From a virus, in the IMG/VR virus record IMGVR_UViG_3300037010_002844, positions 128,001-192,000 of that record: a stretch of 64,000 nucleotides of DNA. One strand, given 5' to 3'. Shown here one piece after another: positions 9,055 through 18,507 of this stretch. The notes under the pieces are model-generated. The model was not told where the DNA came from. It saw only the letters and a list, made by a program, of their open reading frames with translations, and did not search any database. Each line of letters begins with the position of its first letter. Positions within the stretch are counted from its first letter, which is position 1. Position numbers and translations under genes: made by a program.

Positions 9055-12000
9055 TCACTGCTGGGTGATGTTGTTGGTGACCACGAAGTCCAAGGAGACG
9101 AACTCGATCGACTTGGTCGGCTGGACATAGATCTTACCGCGGATCGTGTTGTTCTCGATGTCCTGCTGCGTCGTGGTGCTGGAGTCGATAATAACCTTGA
9201 ACCGCTCGAGGCCCGCCTGAGCCTGGATGCGCTGCAGACGCGGGGTAACCGCGGCCGTGAAGCGGGCCAGGGTGGCAGCCCTGTTGGGCTCGAAAATGAT
9301 CGTCTGCGAGATGTCGCGGACCTGGCGGCGGATCTCGATCAGCAACCTGCGAACGTTGACGCGATCGAGAGCCGAGGCCGCGGCCTGCAGGGTCTTCTGA
9401 CCCCAAACCACCACGCCGCCCTTCGGGTTGGTGCCACCGACGGCAGTTCCCGGGAAGGCGACCAATGGGTTGATGGCGACATCGTAGAGTGCGTCCATGT
9501 TAGGCTTCGACAGCTGAACACGGGCCTCGAGGACAGTCGGCAACGCACCGCGGGTGACACCGGCTGGAGCAAACCAGGGGTGACCGACCGCATCATTCAA
9601 GGCCAGGGCGCCGAGGACCGCGACAGAAGGTGGCGCGACGACGTTGGTCTTGGTGTTAGGATCCGGCATCACCACGTCTGGGAAGTAGGCAGCGGCGAAG
9701 TTGTTGTCCATCGCGCGGTTGGCGAACGAGTTGGCGGTGTAGGTGACAGACGGCAGCTGCGAATCAGTGAAGACCTCAGTGTCAGTGTTGTCGAACTGCT
9801 CGATGTCCATGATGTAGAGAGCATCAAACCGTTCCTTGACCGCGTCAGCCGCTGCGTTGGTGACGATCGGGTGACGGATGCCAGGGATCGCCAGCAACTG
9901 GATGTCTGTGTTCACCACGTTCTTCATGATTTCCAGCGCCTTGGCGTAGGTCCGGACGTTTGAGCCCTGGTCCCTGCCACGGTTGGTGGCGTTCATGTCA
10001 GCCGTGATGGCTGCGTTGTTGATCTCTGCTGAGTCCTTGTCGAACAGTAGGATTCCGTCGAAGCCGCCTTGCAATAGGAAGCTGAACTTGGCGAACCGAC
10101 GGTTGGCCTGGACGAGATCGTCTGTCTTGAAGGCCCGCGTCTTGTTGGCATCGTTAGCCGTGATCGCACCACCACGCACGTACTGTGCTGAGACCCACTG
10201 CGTCGGGTCAGCCAACGTCGTGGATGCCGTGACGACCTGCAGGTTCTCGAGGGTGAACAGGTTGTTGCAGAACCTGTCGGCATCAATGATGCCCCACGCG
10301 CCGGTGTCGACCGCGCCGGTGTTGTCACCGACAGACACGTTCTGGTTGATCTCCGAGAAGTCCGGGAAGTACTTGGCAAACGACTTCAACGAAGCGTTCT
10401 TCAAGGTCGATGCATTCGGAGTCGCCAGGCTGGCCACGTGCTCGAACTGGACGCCCCAGTAGAGCAATGGGTTGACTTGGACCTTGGCGCCAGAACCTGC
10501 GGTGATGTTGGAACGCATCGGCAGCGGCGGCTCGATTGCGCGCTTCAGGTAGGTGGCCGCAGTCAAGCTGCCGTCAGTGACGCTTGTCAGAGGAGCAGAG
10601 CCAGAGGTGACGAGGTGCTCGACGCCGCGGAAGCCCATGGGCAGTGCCGTCGGATCGACGGTGCCGTTCTCAACCCCAAGATCGACCTCGACGCGGACGA
10701 GGTTCGACTGTGCCGGGTAGTTGCCGTCGAAGACGATCTTCTGGGCCGGCTCGGCGCGGTCGAAGTCGAAGAACACGTGAGCATCGCCGACAATCTTGGC
10801 GATGTAGCGATCCGAGCTCGGATCCAAGTTGACGCCGCGGAACTGTTCCAGCGGCTGCTGAGCAGCATCGCGGTCGTTCCAGTCGCGGAGAACCAGGTCG
10901 AAGGAACCAAACTTGTTGGCTGGGTCCGTCGACGGGGTGATGTTCTCGATCGAGATCTTGTATAGCGTCGAGACATTGGCGCCGGCATCCAGAGCATGCA
11001 ACCGGAAGAGATTGGAAGGCGAGCCACCAAACTTCTGCGAGATGATCCACGGGGACTTAGCGTGGCTGAAACGATCAGTGAAGGCCTCGTAGTTCGGGAC
11101 CGTGCTCGAACCAACGTTGCGTGCAAGAGAAGCTGTCGTCAGGAAGACAGCAGTTTCAGCACCCGGTTTGGGCGCCGTGGCCGCACCTGCACCTGACAGC
11201 GCGGAAACGAGGCCCGAGCCGGTGACCACTGCAGTAGCAGGGTGAACGTCCCAGGATGCATACAGGAAGTGACCAGCCTGCTGAATCTTGTAGGGATCCG
11301 TGTTCAGGACGTTGGCAAAGTAGTTCGGGCTCGTCATGTCGAACGAAGCCGTGATAACGTTCGGGTACAGCGGGTCCGTTCCCTGGTGACCGTTCAACAG
11401 CAGCACGAAGTCCGACTTTGCGACACCTGCGTCCATCAGGACGACGGTGCCGACCAAGCCACCGTGAGCGGTGCCATCGGTAGCAACGAGGTTCGACGGA
11501 GGGGCTGAAGAGTTACCGGCTGTCGAAGAAGACACGCGGAGGATAACGCCCGAGGGGGCCATCAGCATGCCTCGAACGATGACCGCGGCAGTGTCTGCAC
11601 CGGGAGTCGTTGAACCCAATCCTTGGATGCCGGCCGACGAGAAGATAGTCGAACCAGCAGACTCTGACATGAACGCGCCGAGGAAGTAGGCTCGACCCAG
11701 AGGAGAACCCAAAGCGCCCGAATTGGCGTACGGGTTACCGTCCAGCGTGCCATCTGAGGCGCGCGGCAACTGCTGTCCGACAGTGAAACCAGCGCCGTTG
11801 ACCGAGCCGTCATCATTCCGCGTGCGGCCATCGCCTGCGCCCAGGACCCTGAGATAGGTCACTGCCTGCGCCTTGCGCATCCACTCAGTGACAGCCAACG
11901 GGCCGAACTTCTTGCCGTCGGTCTTACCGAACTTGGCGTAGAAGTCATCGATCGTGCCGACGGTGACCGGGATGAATGCAGGTCCTTTCACTGCCGTGCC

Positions 12001-12102
12001 AATAACGCCTGCGGGAACACCGACTGGTTCCTGGGTCACTGGACCCGAAAGATCGATTTCCCTTGCCGTCACGCCAGCGCTTCCGAACTTTAGCTGTGCC
12101 AT
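9055..12102 (-). CDS. tail sheath protein, paralog B (T4 gp18-like, 1015 aa)
   Basis: The C-terminal domain matches T4 gp18 closely: W.APAG.TRG ... LYD.AINP ... GQKT ... DRVNVRRL ... IYVQPTKSIEFVSLDFVVT. The N-terminus is paralogous to the upstream sheath gene. There are large insertions relative to the 659-aa T4 protein. Confidence 0.9.
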   Translation of the reverse strand: MAQLKFGSAGVTAREIDLSGPVTQEPVGVPAGVIGTAVKGPAFIPVTVGTIDDFYAKFGKTDGKKFGPLAVTEWMRKAQAVTYLRVLGAGDGRTRNDDGSVNGAGFTVGQQLPRASDGTLDGNPYANSGALGSPLGRAYFLGAFMSESAGSTIFSSAGIQGLGSTTPGADTAAVIVRGMLMAPSGVILRVSSSTAGNSSAPPSNLVATDGTAHGGLVGTVVLMDAGVAKSDFVLLLNGHQGTDPLYPNVITASFDMTSPNYFANVLNTDPYKIQQAGHFLYASWDVHPATAVVTGSGLVSALSGAGAATAPKPGAETAVFLTTASLARNVGSSTVPNYEAFTDRFSHAKSPWIISQKFGGSPSNLFRLHALDAGANVSTLYKISIENITPSTDPANKFGSFDLVLRDWNDRDAAQQPLEQFRGVNLDPSSDRYIAKIVGDAHVFFDFDRAEPAQKIVFDGNYPAQSNLVRVEVDLGVENGTVDPTALPMGFRGVEHLVTSGSAPLTSVTDGSLTAATYLKRAIEPPLPMRSNITAGSGAKVQVNPLLYWGVQFEHVASLATPNASTLKNASLKSFAKYFPDFSEINQNVSVGDNTGAVDTGAWGIIDADRFCNNLFTLENLQVVTASTTLADPTQWVSAQYVRGGAITANDANKTRAFKTDDLVQANRRFAKFSFLLQGGFDGILLFDKDSAEINNAAITADMNATNRGRDQGSNVRTYAKALEIMKNVVNTDIQLLAIPGIRHPIVTNAAADAVKERFDALYIMDIEQFDNTDTEVFTDSQLPSVTYTANSFANRAMDNNFAAAYFPDVVMPDPNTKTNVVAPPSVAVLGALALNDAVGHPWFAPAGVTRGALPTVLEARVQLSKPNMDALYDVAINPLVAFPGTAVGGTNPKGGVVVWGQKTLQAAASALDRVNVRRLLIEIRRQVRDISQTIIFEPNRAATLARFTAAVTPRLQRIQAQAGLERFKVIIDSSTTTQQDIENNTIRGKIYVQPTKSIEFVSLDFVVTNNITQQ

Positions 12103-12122
12103 CTTCTCGTAGCCTCTGCGTT

Positions 12123-12130
12123 GTAAGTAT
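12123..12130 (-). promoter_or_regulatory. conserved upstream element GATACTTAC (gene orientation), candidate late promoter, ahead of sheath paralog B
   Basis: Plus-strand gtaagtat, about 20-28 nt upstream of the ATG at 12102. It is one of 11 similar occurrences upstream of start codons. Confidence 0.45.
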
Positions 12131-12154
12131 CAGATCGTTTTGCAATCCATACCG

Positions 12155-12202
12155 CGAAAGAAAGCGGCCCTAAACTAGAGCCAAGCTGCTAGTTAGGGCC
12201 GC
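12155..12202 (-). terminator. rho-independent terminator-like hairpin between the two sheath genes
   Basis: Imperfect inverted repeat gcggccctaaactag (12164..12178) / ctagttagggccgc (12189..12202). On the minus strand it is followed by TTTCTTTCG. Confidence 0.5.
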
Positions 12203-12225
12203 ATTTCACAGTTCGGATTTGTTCA

Positions 12226-15200
12226 TCACACGAACTGGACGCCGCTGTTAGTGATGATGAAGTCGATCGCGATATACTCGATGACCCTCGTCGGCACCAC
12301 GACGATCCGACCGCGGAGGCGGTTGAGGTCGATGTCTTCCTGCGTGTTGTTCGTCTCGTTCATGATAACTTGGAACGCTTCCACGCCAGCCTGGGACTGA
12401 ATTAGACCTAGTTGCAGGATTGCGTCGGCCACGAACTTGTTACGCACCTCGGGGGTGTTCTGCTCAAAGACCAGCTTCTGAGCGATACCCATGATGATGC
12501 GCTTGACCTCCAGGAGGAGGCGACGGACGTTGACCCTGTCGAGTGCCGACTTGTTGATCTGCAACGTCTTCTGGCCATAGATGACGAAGCCTAGCCTCGG
12601 GAAGGTTGCGATCGGGTTGATTCGTGAATCGTAGAGCCTGTCACGATCGGGCACATTGAGACGCACGCTGACGTTGGTGACAAAGTCCAGCGCTGCGCGG
12701 TTGAAGCCGGCAGGCGCGAACCATGGGTAGGCAACGCGATCGTTGAAGGCCAAGGCACCCATGGCGGCGACCGAGGCCGGAACCTTGACGCGGCGGCGGT
12801 TGGTCGCATCGTCAACGAAGACGTCCGGGTAGTACGTGCCAGCGTAGTTATTGTCCAACGCTCGAGCATCGAACTGGTTTGCCGTCTGATCGATCGAGGG
12901 CCGTGCTGCCGAGTCATCGTACAGACGGTTCGAGGAATCATCGTAGGATGGGATGTCCATCACGTAGTAGGCCAGACCGTAGTCGCGGACCTTGTTGAGG
13001 GCATACTCTGTGATAAAGCTCTCGCGGATGCCCGGCAACGCCAGGATGTTCGTGTTGACGACCAGAGGATCAGTCATGATGTCGATTGCCGTCTTGTAGG
13101 AAGCGACCGTCGCATTCTGCTGACCCGTCCCGGTCGGGTTGTAACCCAGACCAGGCGCCGAGTAACCGACCGCAGCACCGCCGCCAGCGTCGAAGGACGA
13201 GGCCTTGTCATTCATCCTCCTCGCATCGCGGTCGAGAACATTGACGCCGTCCCAGCCACCAGCCATGAAGGTGATGAACTTGGTGAACTGCGAAAAGCGA
13301 TTGAAGTCCGAGGCGCTGCCTTGAGCCAACAAGGTGGCCAATGTGACACGCGGTCCGAGGACCGGATCCTTGATGGTGTAGTTGGTCAGGTCGAGCTTGC
13401 CGTTACGGATGTAAGCTGCTTCCTTCATGTGATCCTGAACCGACGAGGTGATGTCAGTCAGGGCACCATTGGACAGTGCAACCTTCGCCAACGTGAACTT
13501 GTTGTTGTTCAGTTGGTCTGCGCCCGAGCCAGAGACCAAGGCGTCCAACTTAGGAATGCCCATGAACTTGGTGTACGACTCGAGCAGACCGTTCTTGTCG
13601 TTGATGAGGTTGGGATTGAGCGGCAGAGTGTTGCGCTCAAACTTGACGCCCCAGTAGAACTGGCTGAGTGTCAGCTCAGTCGAACCGGGCTGGCCAAGCC
13701 AGGCTGCGCCGGCCGGAGCATCGCCCTTCGTCACCTTGGTGCGGAAAGGAACGGGCGGGATGATCGAACCCGACAGGGAAGACGCGGAACCCACGCCCAG
13801 GACGCCAGCCAACCGTGCAGTGGCGGAAGACGGTGAAGCGTCGGTCAACAGGTCGTTGGTCTTCGGGACCACCGCGCCGCGGAAGCCGAAGGGTAGCGAC
13901 TTCTGAGGCACCAAAGCACGCTCAACCTGGTCCGCGATGACAACGCGGACATACTGCGAGACGTTCGGGTACTTGCCTGTGGCGACCACGCGGCGTTCAG
14001 AGTCCAACGTCGTGTCAAAGTTATAGCTGACCTTGCGATCGCCGATCAACTTGCCGATGTAGTGATCTGACATCGGATCCAGTGAACAGCCTGGGAACAT
14101 CTCCAGGACCAACGGATTGGTGTCCGTGTCGTTCCAATCGCGGATCTGGACGGTGAAGGTGCCGTACGGGTTGGAATCGTCCAGCGAAGCCTTGAGGTCC
14201 GTGATGGCGATCTTGAAGAGGTTGTTGGCGTATTCGCCGTCGTCCAATGCCTCGAACTTGAAGAGGTCGTACTCTGTCGTGCCGAATGGCTGCGAGATGA
14301 AGTACGTCGTGGACGGTGCACGGTAACGCGTGTCGAAGGCTCCAAAGACCTTCCTCATCGGAAGGGTCTTGTCACCCGAGGTGCTGCTGGTGTTGTTGGA
14401 GCCCGAGAGGACGCCGACCACAGTCGCAGTGGCGAGCTCATCATCGACCGGGAAGTCTGCATAGACCAGGTGCTGCTCCTGGACGAACTTGTCAGGATCC
14501 GTGTTCAAGATCTTGGCGAAGTAGTCTGGGCTCGTCGGATTAAGTGAGGCCGTGAAGATCCTGACGCCCGGGTTGCCATCCGTGTTCCAGAAGGCATTGC
14601 CCAAGGTCGAAGAAATCGCGAGTTTGAACTTGCCACCAACCATCAAGGCCGAGTCAACGTTGCTGCCGTTGAAGGCGCCGACGGCGGTGCCGTTGCCATC
14701 CAGGACCATGAGGCGCGCGGTGGTCGGCAGCATCACCATGCCGCGGACCAGGTTGACGGTCGATCCCGAGTAGGAATCGTTGTCCGTGAACATCGGGATT
14801 CCATAGGCCTCATCGCTCTGCAAGGTGTGCTGAGCTGCCAAGAACTGGATTGCGCCGTTGTGGCGGCCCAGCTTGTCGTCAACGGCCGGAGTGCCATCCA
14901 GGTGCATGCCAGCCGAGAGAACTCGACCCGTCTGCAACGTGTTGGCGATGTCTGACTGCGTTGCGTTGGCACCCGCGCCCAGGACCCTGAGATAGGTCAA
15001 TGCGCTGCGATGCTTTAGAAACTCGTTGACCGCATACGGACCAAAGAGCTTTGGATCAAGGTTGCCGAATGTGGCAATGAACTGATCGAAGTTCCCGACC
15101 GTGACAGGGACGAACGCAGGTCCCCTGTTTGCGGTGCCGACAACGCCGGCAGGCGTTCCGACCGGACCGACGGGTGTCGGGGTCGAAATGTCAATCTCGC

Positions 15201-15240
15201 GCTCGAAAAAGTTGGGCGACCTGAAAGTCTGCTCGGGCAT
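12226..15240 (-). CDS. tail sheath protein, paralog A (T4 gp18-like, 1004 aa)
   Basis: The N-terminus (PAGVVGTANRGPAFVPVTVG...LTYLRVLGAG) and the C-terminus (LDRVNVRRLLLEVKR...VVVPTRVIEYIAIDFIITNSG) are both homologous to paralog B and to T4 gp18. Confidence 0.9.
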   Translation of the reverse strand: MPEQTFRSPNFFEREIDISTPTPVGPVGTPAGVVGTANRGPAFVPVTVGNFDQFIATFGNLDPKLFGPYAVNEFLKHRSALTYLRVLGAGANATQSDIANTLQTGRVLSAGMHLDGTPAVDDKLGRHNGAIQFLAAQHTLQSDEAYGIPMFTDNDSYSGSTVNLVRGMVMLPTTARLMVLDGNGTAVGAFNGSNVDSALMVGGKFKLAISSTLGNAFWNTDGNPGVRIFTASLNPTSPDYFAKILNTDPDKFVQEQHLVYADFPVDDELATATVVGVLSGSNNTSSTSGDKTLPMRKVFGAFDTRYRAPSTTYFISQPFGTTEYDLFKFEALDDGEYANNLFKIAITDLKASLDDSNPYGTFTVQIRDWNDTDTNPLVLEMFPGCSLDPMSDHYIGKLIGDRKVSYNFDTTLDSERRVVATGKYPNVSQYVRVVIADQVERALVPQKSLPFGFRGAVVPKTNDLLTDASPSSATARLAGVLGVGSASSLSGSIIPPVPFRTKVTKGDAPAGAAWLGQPGSTELTLSQFYWGVKFERNTLPLNPNLINDKNGLLESYTKFMGIPKLDALVSGSGADQLNNNKFTLAKVALSNGALTDITSSVQDHMKEAAYIRNGKLDLTNYTIKDPVLGPRVTLATLLAQGSASDFNRFSQFTKFITFMAGGWDGVNVLDRDARRMNDKASSFDAGGGAAVGYSAPGLGYNPTGTGQQNATVASYKTAIDIMTDPLVVNTNILALPGIRESFITEYALNKVRDYGLAYYVMDIPSYDDSSNRLYDDSAARPSIDQTANQFDARALDNNYAGTYYPDVFVDDATNRRRVKVPASVAAMGALAFNDRVAYPWFAPAGFNRAALDFVTNVSVRLNVPDRDRLYDSRINPIATFPRLGFVIYGQKTLQINKSALDRVNVRRLLLEVKRIIMGIAQKLVFEQNTPEVRNKFVADAILQLGLIQSQAGVEAFQVIMNETNNTQEDIDLNRLRGRIVVVPTRVIEYIAIDFIITNSGVQFV

Positions 15241-15273
15241 TACCGTTCTCCTCTACGGTGTGGAATCGCTATG

Positions 15274-15281
15274 ATAAGTAT
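15274..15281 (-). promoter_or_regulatory. conserved upstream element GATACTTAT (gene orientation) ahead of sheath paralog A
   Basis: Plus-strand ataagtat, about 35 nt upstream of the ATG at 15240. A GAGGAGAA RBS lies between. Confidence 0.4.
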
Positions 15282-15310
15282 CAAGCGCTCGTGTCGAAAA
15301 CCAACATCGG

Positions 15311-16606
15311 TCAGTCGTCAATGACCACGATCGCAAGGCCGCCGAGATCACTCGAGGGCGAATAGACAGTCTCACCGACTGACGGTGTCGTAGACAAAAT
15401 TCTCACGTACCGCGTCGCGGGACGGCCGTTCTGATCAATGACCGTGACCTTCTTGTAACGATTCGTCGGGCGCGAGCGCGGAAGTCCTGACAAGGCGGGA
15501 TCGTTCGGGTCGATCTCAGATGATTGTCTGTACAACCGACCACGTCCATCGCGGCGTTGGTCGCGGTTCCTGACTTCCCCGTCTGCCAGTGGCAGTGTCG
15601 GATCATCAGCACCCAAGAACGGATCATCAACTCCAGCCACGCCAGACTCTTCAGACACTGTAATGCCGGTCTCGAACTTGATGTCAGGCGCCGAGATATA
15701 GCGCTTGACAGGAATCGGCACGCCAGGTGCTGAACTTGCGAGGATGTACGCCGGCACCTTGACGTTGAACTTGTACTTGATGAGACGCTCGCCTTGCGAC
15801 ATGTCTTCGAAGTTCGTCTCAGCATTGTAAAGGTCATCCGCGACTGTCGCCACGAACCAGTAACCCTTGGGCGTATCGAGTCGCCAACCCTGGGTCTGTG
15901 GTAGGAAGGACGATAGCAACGTCTCAATGATCTGGTTCATATGATGAGTGTACTGGGTCCAGACGATGACCTCGTAGTTGAGGGTCACAAACTGTGGGCT
16001 CGGAATGACAAGCGTTTCATAGACATTGTTCGTTCGATCAGCCGCCAAAAACCCGCCATCATTCACTGTCGCATCGTCTGCCAGCTCGCCTATCTCCCTT
16101 AGGGTCGTCAACTGGCCTAGGTCGGCATCGTTGGGTCCAACTGCGAGCCCCTGCTGGTGCTTCAGAAAAATCCTGTTGATCAAGTTTTGGTAGCCACGGT
16201 CCGATTTATCGAGTTTTCTACGAATCGTGATCTCACCGGTGCGCTGGTTGATGCCACGACCCGTAATGTCATCAGCGCTACTCTGACCGATCGAGGGACG
16301 ACCCACGGTGATCAAAGGCAAGACAAGCGAATTGGTCTTATCGCGGATCGGTCGATTGCGCTTCAACATGGCCCACTTTTCGCCGCCAGCAAAGATGACG
16401 GGGACTTTTCTCATATCCGTCCCATCTTCACCGCCAGCCACGAGTGGAATCTCCTTGTCGAACAAGTTGAAGAACGCCACGTCGACGTCCTCCAGCCCCA
16501 CCGCAGGGATGACGAGGTCAGAGACGGGCCCGCCCTGCGGATAACCCGTGGGCAAAGGTGCGATTCCGTAGTTCTCGCGGGGCTTAGCATTGAAGCGATT
16601 GGGCAT
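15311..16606 (-). CDS. tail sheath stabilizer / tail completion protein (T4 gp15-like)
   Basis: The segment YEVIVWTQYTHHMNQIIETLLSSFLP resembles T4 gp15 YELSIFTRYEDDMFQIVEQILPYFQP. The gene sits immediately upstream of the sheath gene, as in T4-like synteny. Confidence 0.6.
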   Translation of the reverse strand: MPNRFNAKPRENYGIAPLPTGYPQGGPVSDLVIPAVGLEDVDVAFFNLFDKEIPLVAGGEDGTDMRKVPVIFAGGEKWAMLKRNRPIRDKTNSLVLPLITVGRPSIGQSSADDITGRGINQRTGEITIRRKLDKSDRGYQNLINRIFLKHQQGLAVGPNDADLGQLTTLREIGELADDATVNDGGFLAADRTNNVYETLVIPSPQFVTLNYEVIVWTQYTHHMNQIIETLLSSFLPQTQGWRLDTPKGYWFVATVADDLYNAETNFEDMSQGERLIKYKFNVKVPAYILASSAPGVPIPVKRYISAPDIKFETGITVSEESGVAGVDDPFLGADDPTLPLADGEVRNRDQRRDGRGRLYRQSSEIDPNDPALSGLPRSRPTNRYKKVTVIDQNGRPATRYVRILSTTPSVGETVYSPSSDLGGLAIVVIDD

Positions 16607-17277
16607 CAGTCATCCTCACCATAGAATGCAGAACCCACCTTGTCAGGATCGCCTTTGGGTGACACCTCACGGGGGCCTGACAGCGGCTTTTCTAGGACTC
16701 CGTTGTCCTGCAATGCACGTCGATCAGCCGTCGGTCCCTCTTTGTTTTCAGACTGCCCGCGCTGTTGCACGAAGGTCGTCTGCACTGCATCAGGCTCAGG
16801 CCTCGAAATGTCCGTCGGTCCCAAGGTCAACGCCTTAAACAAGCTCTCACGGGCCTTAGTTCCCGTCAACTTGACGCCGTCCTTGTGTTCGGGCAGGCCA
16901 TAGATGTTACGCATGAAGACGCGGTCTGAAATCTCATAGAAGATGTCCGAGAATGAAAAGTAATCACCCAGGGAGACGTTGATCCCCTTTTCAACCAGAT
17001 CACGGTGCTGGACGTAGACCTCGATCTTGTACTGCGGATCGACGCCAAACTGATCGATCTTGGTGTCTGTCTGAAAGTTGTTGTCCACCAACGCATCGAT
17101 GGCGATTGGATTGTCGACCACCTTCTTGATGGCCTCATTGTAGACCGCATGCGTCTTAGTCTTGAGCTCAGAGACCGGGTAGTAGAAGATCTTCTGACCG
17201 ACAACATCCTTGATGAACTCCTTGGTGATGTCGGAGATGAAGTTCAGCTCTCGAGGCGTGATGTACAACCTACTCAT
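16606..17277 (-). CDS. neck protein (gp14-like by position)
   Basis: 223 aa. Its stop overlaps the start of the gp15-like gene, and it lies between the gp13-like and gp15-like genes. The assignment is from synteny only. Confidence 0.35.
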   Translation of the reverse strand: MSRLYITPRELNFISDITKEFIKDVVGQKIFYYPVSELKTKTHAVYNEAIKKVVDNPIAIDALVDNNFQTDTKIDQFGVDPQYKIEVYVQHRDLVEKGINVSLGDYFSFSDIFYEISDRVFMRNIYGLPEHKDGVKLTGTKARESLFKALTLGPTDISRPEPDAVQTTFVQQRGQSENKEGPTADRRALQDNGVLEKPLSGPREVSPKGDPDKVGSAFYGEDD

Positions 17278-17280
17278 GGT

Positions 17281-18465
17281 TCACCCGATCACGATGCTCT
17301 TGCCGAGCGGCATTGGGATGTACTTCAACATCTTCTGCATGTTCTCTGCAACGTTAGCCTGCTGTTCCATCAGCTTAGCGTTCGTCAGGTTGTCCAAGAA
17401 CTCCTTGAGCTGAGTCTGAAGCTTGTCGCGGTCTTCCCGCGCCTGAGTGATCAGCGACTCGCCGTTCAACTGCAGGTCTGCGTTTGGGATCGGAATCCCC
17501 TGAAACTTTGACCTGTTGAGGCCCAAGATCTCACGGGCCAAGGCCAGAGTGTATTGCCTGATCCACTGGCGACCCGGCTGCGTGATGCTGCTAAATGGAA
17601 TGTTACCAAGAGGCACGTTCTGCGGACCCGAAACACCATAGATCGACTGATCTTGACCTTGAAGAGCAGACGGGTTCAACGGATCGAGCATGCCAGCCTG
17701 AACTTTCAGGTACATGCGGCCAGTGTCAAGGTCCGTCGTCGGCGTGGGATAAATCCTGACGTTGCTGCCCAAGATCTCATAACTGTAATTTGATCGACGA
17801 ACGCGGGAGGCCATATTCAACATGCCCCTCCTCAACACGTCCTCGAACACTGGCAGCACGTAGAAGATCGTCGAGTTAACGTAGCTCTCGTAGTTGAACT
17901 CAGTGGCCAAGAAGTTGGTAATGTTGCTAGCGTTCATCAAGAACTGCTGAGCAGCATATGGCTCGAAGTGAAAGACATCGATCACGCGGATCGGGCTCTT
18001 GGTCGTCATGTTCTGGTAAATGACTGAACCCGAGACTGCGTCCTTCAGCTCTGTGTAGATGTTGTAGTCCTGACGGCCGGGCTGCAGGTCGAAGTAACCC
18101 AGAGTCGCGTCATAGTTGCCTCCCATGCCCGCGTACGTCGAGTATGGCGAGGCCTGACGCATCAGGAACTCCAACGTCTGAAATGGGTACTTGTTCGTCA
18201 GATCGCTGGCGGATCCCGTGGGCATGCCCAAAACGTTGGCCAGTTCAGATTGGATCTTCATCTCGTGAATCTTTCGAGCGTACTCACAGCACGCTTCCTC
18301 GAAACACGCCCAGATCTCTTTGGATGTCAGCTCGACAGACAGGACATCGTCGCCCAGCTTACGCTTGACGAAGGTGACCATCGAGTCGGCTTCCTGCTGA
18401 AACTGCAGGTCGGAATCGAAGAACCCGAACGGCGTCGGGCGCAGGGTTTGCACAAAGCTCGGCAT
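17281..18465 (-). CDS. neck protein (T4 gp13-like)
   Basis: N-terminal RKLGDDVLSVELTSKEIWACFEEA resembles T4 gp13 [24 protein letters not shown]. C-terminal WIRQYTLALAREILG ... REDRDKLQTQLKEFL resembles gp13 WVKDYATALAKELNG ... RLEKEALREELYLL. Confidence 0.7.
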   Translation of the reverse strand: MPSFVQTLRPTPFGFFDSDLQFQQEADSMVTFVKRKLGDDVLSVELTSKEIWACFEEACCEYARKIHEMKIQSELANVLGMPTGSASDLTNKYPFQTLEFLMRQASPYSTYAGMGGNYDATLGYFDLQPGRQDYNIYTELKDAVSGSVIYQNMTTKSPIRVIDVFHFEPYAAQQFLMNASNITNFLATEFNYESYVNSTIFYVLPVFEDVLRRGMLNMASRVRRSNYSYEILGSNVRIYPTPTTDLDTGRMYLKVQAGMLDPLNPSALQGQDQSIYGVSGPQNVPLGNIPFSSITQPGRQWIRQYTLALAREILGLNRSKFQGIPIPNADLQLNGESLITQAREDRDKLQTQLKEFLDNLTNAKLMEQQANVAENMQKMLKYIPMPLGKSIVIG

Positions 18466-18479
18466 GTGACCTTCCGATC

Positions 18480-18487
18480 GTAAGTAT
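18480..18487 (-). promoter_or_regulatory. conserved upstream element CATACTTAC (gene orientation) ahead of gp13-like gene
   Basis: Plus-strand gtaagtat, 15-22 nt upstream of the ATG at 18465. A GGAAGGT RBS lies between. Confidence 0.45.
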
Positions 18488-18507
18488 GGAAGGCTTCAAC
18501 CGAGGAA

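Noticed and set aside
8686-9963. 425-aa plus-strand ORF, and similar long plus ORFs (9983..10462, 13321..13836, 37204..38214, 52668..53201)
   Set aside because: They are antisense to strongly supported sheath, MCP and SbcC genes. They have low-complexity Arg/Asp/Gly composition and no RBS.
7412-18465. Eukaryotic giant-virus origin (suggested by the large genes, the patatin and the basic KRKRRKRK stretch)
   Set aside because: Shine-Dalgarno sequences precede most starts. There are tight overlapping operons, a bacterial-type tmRNA, and T4 gp13/15/18/19/20/21/23/17/46/47/61 homologues in T4-like order. This is a bacteriophage.
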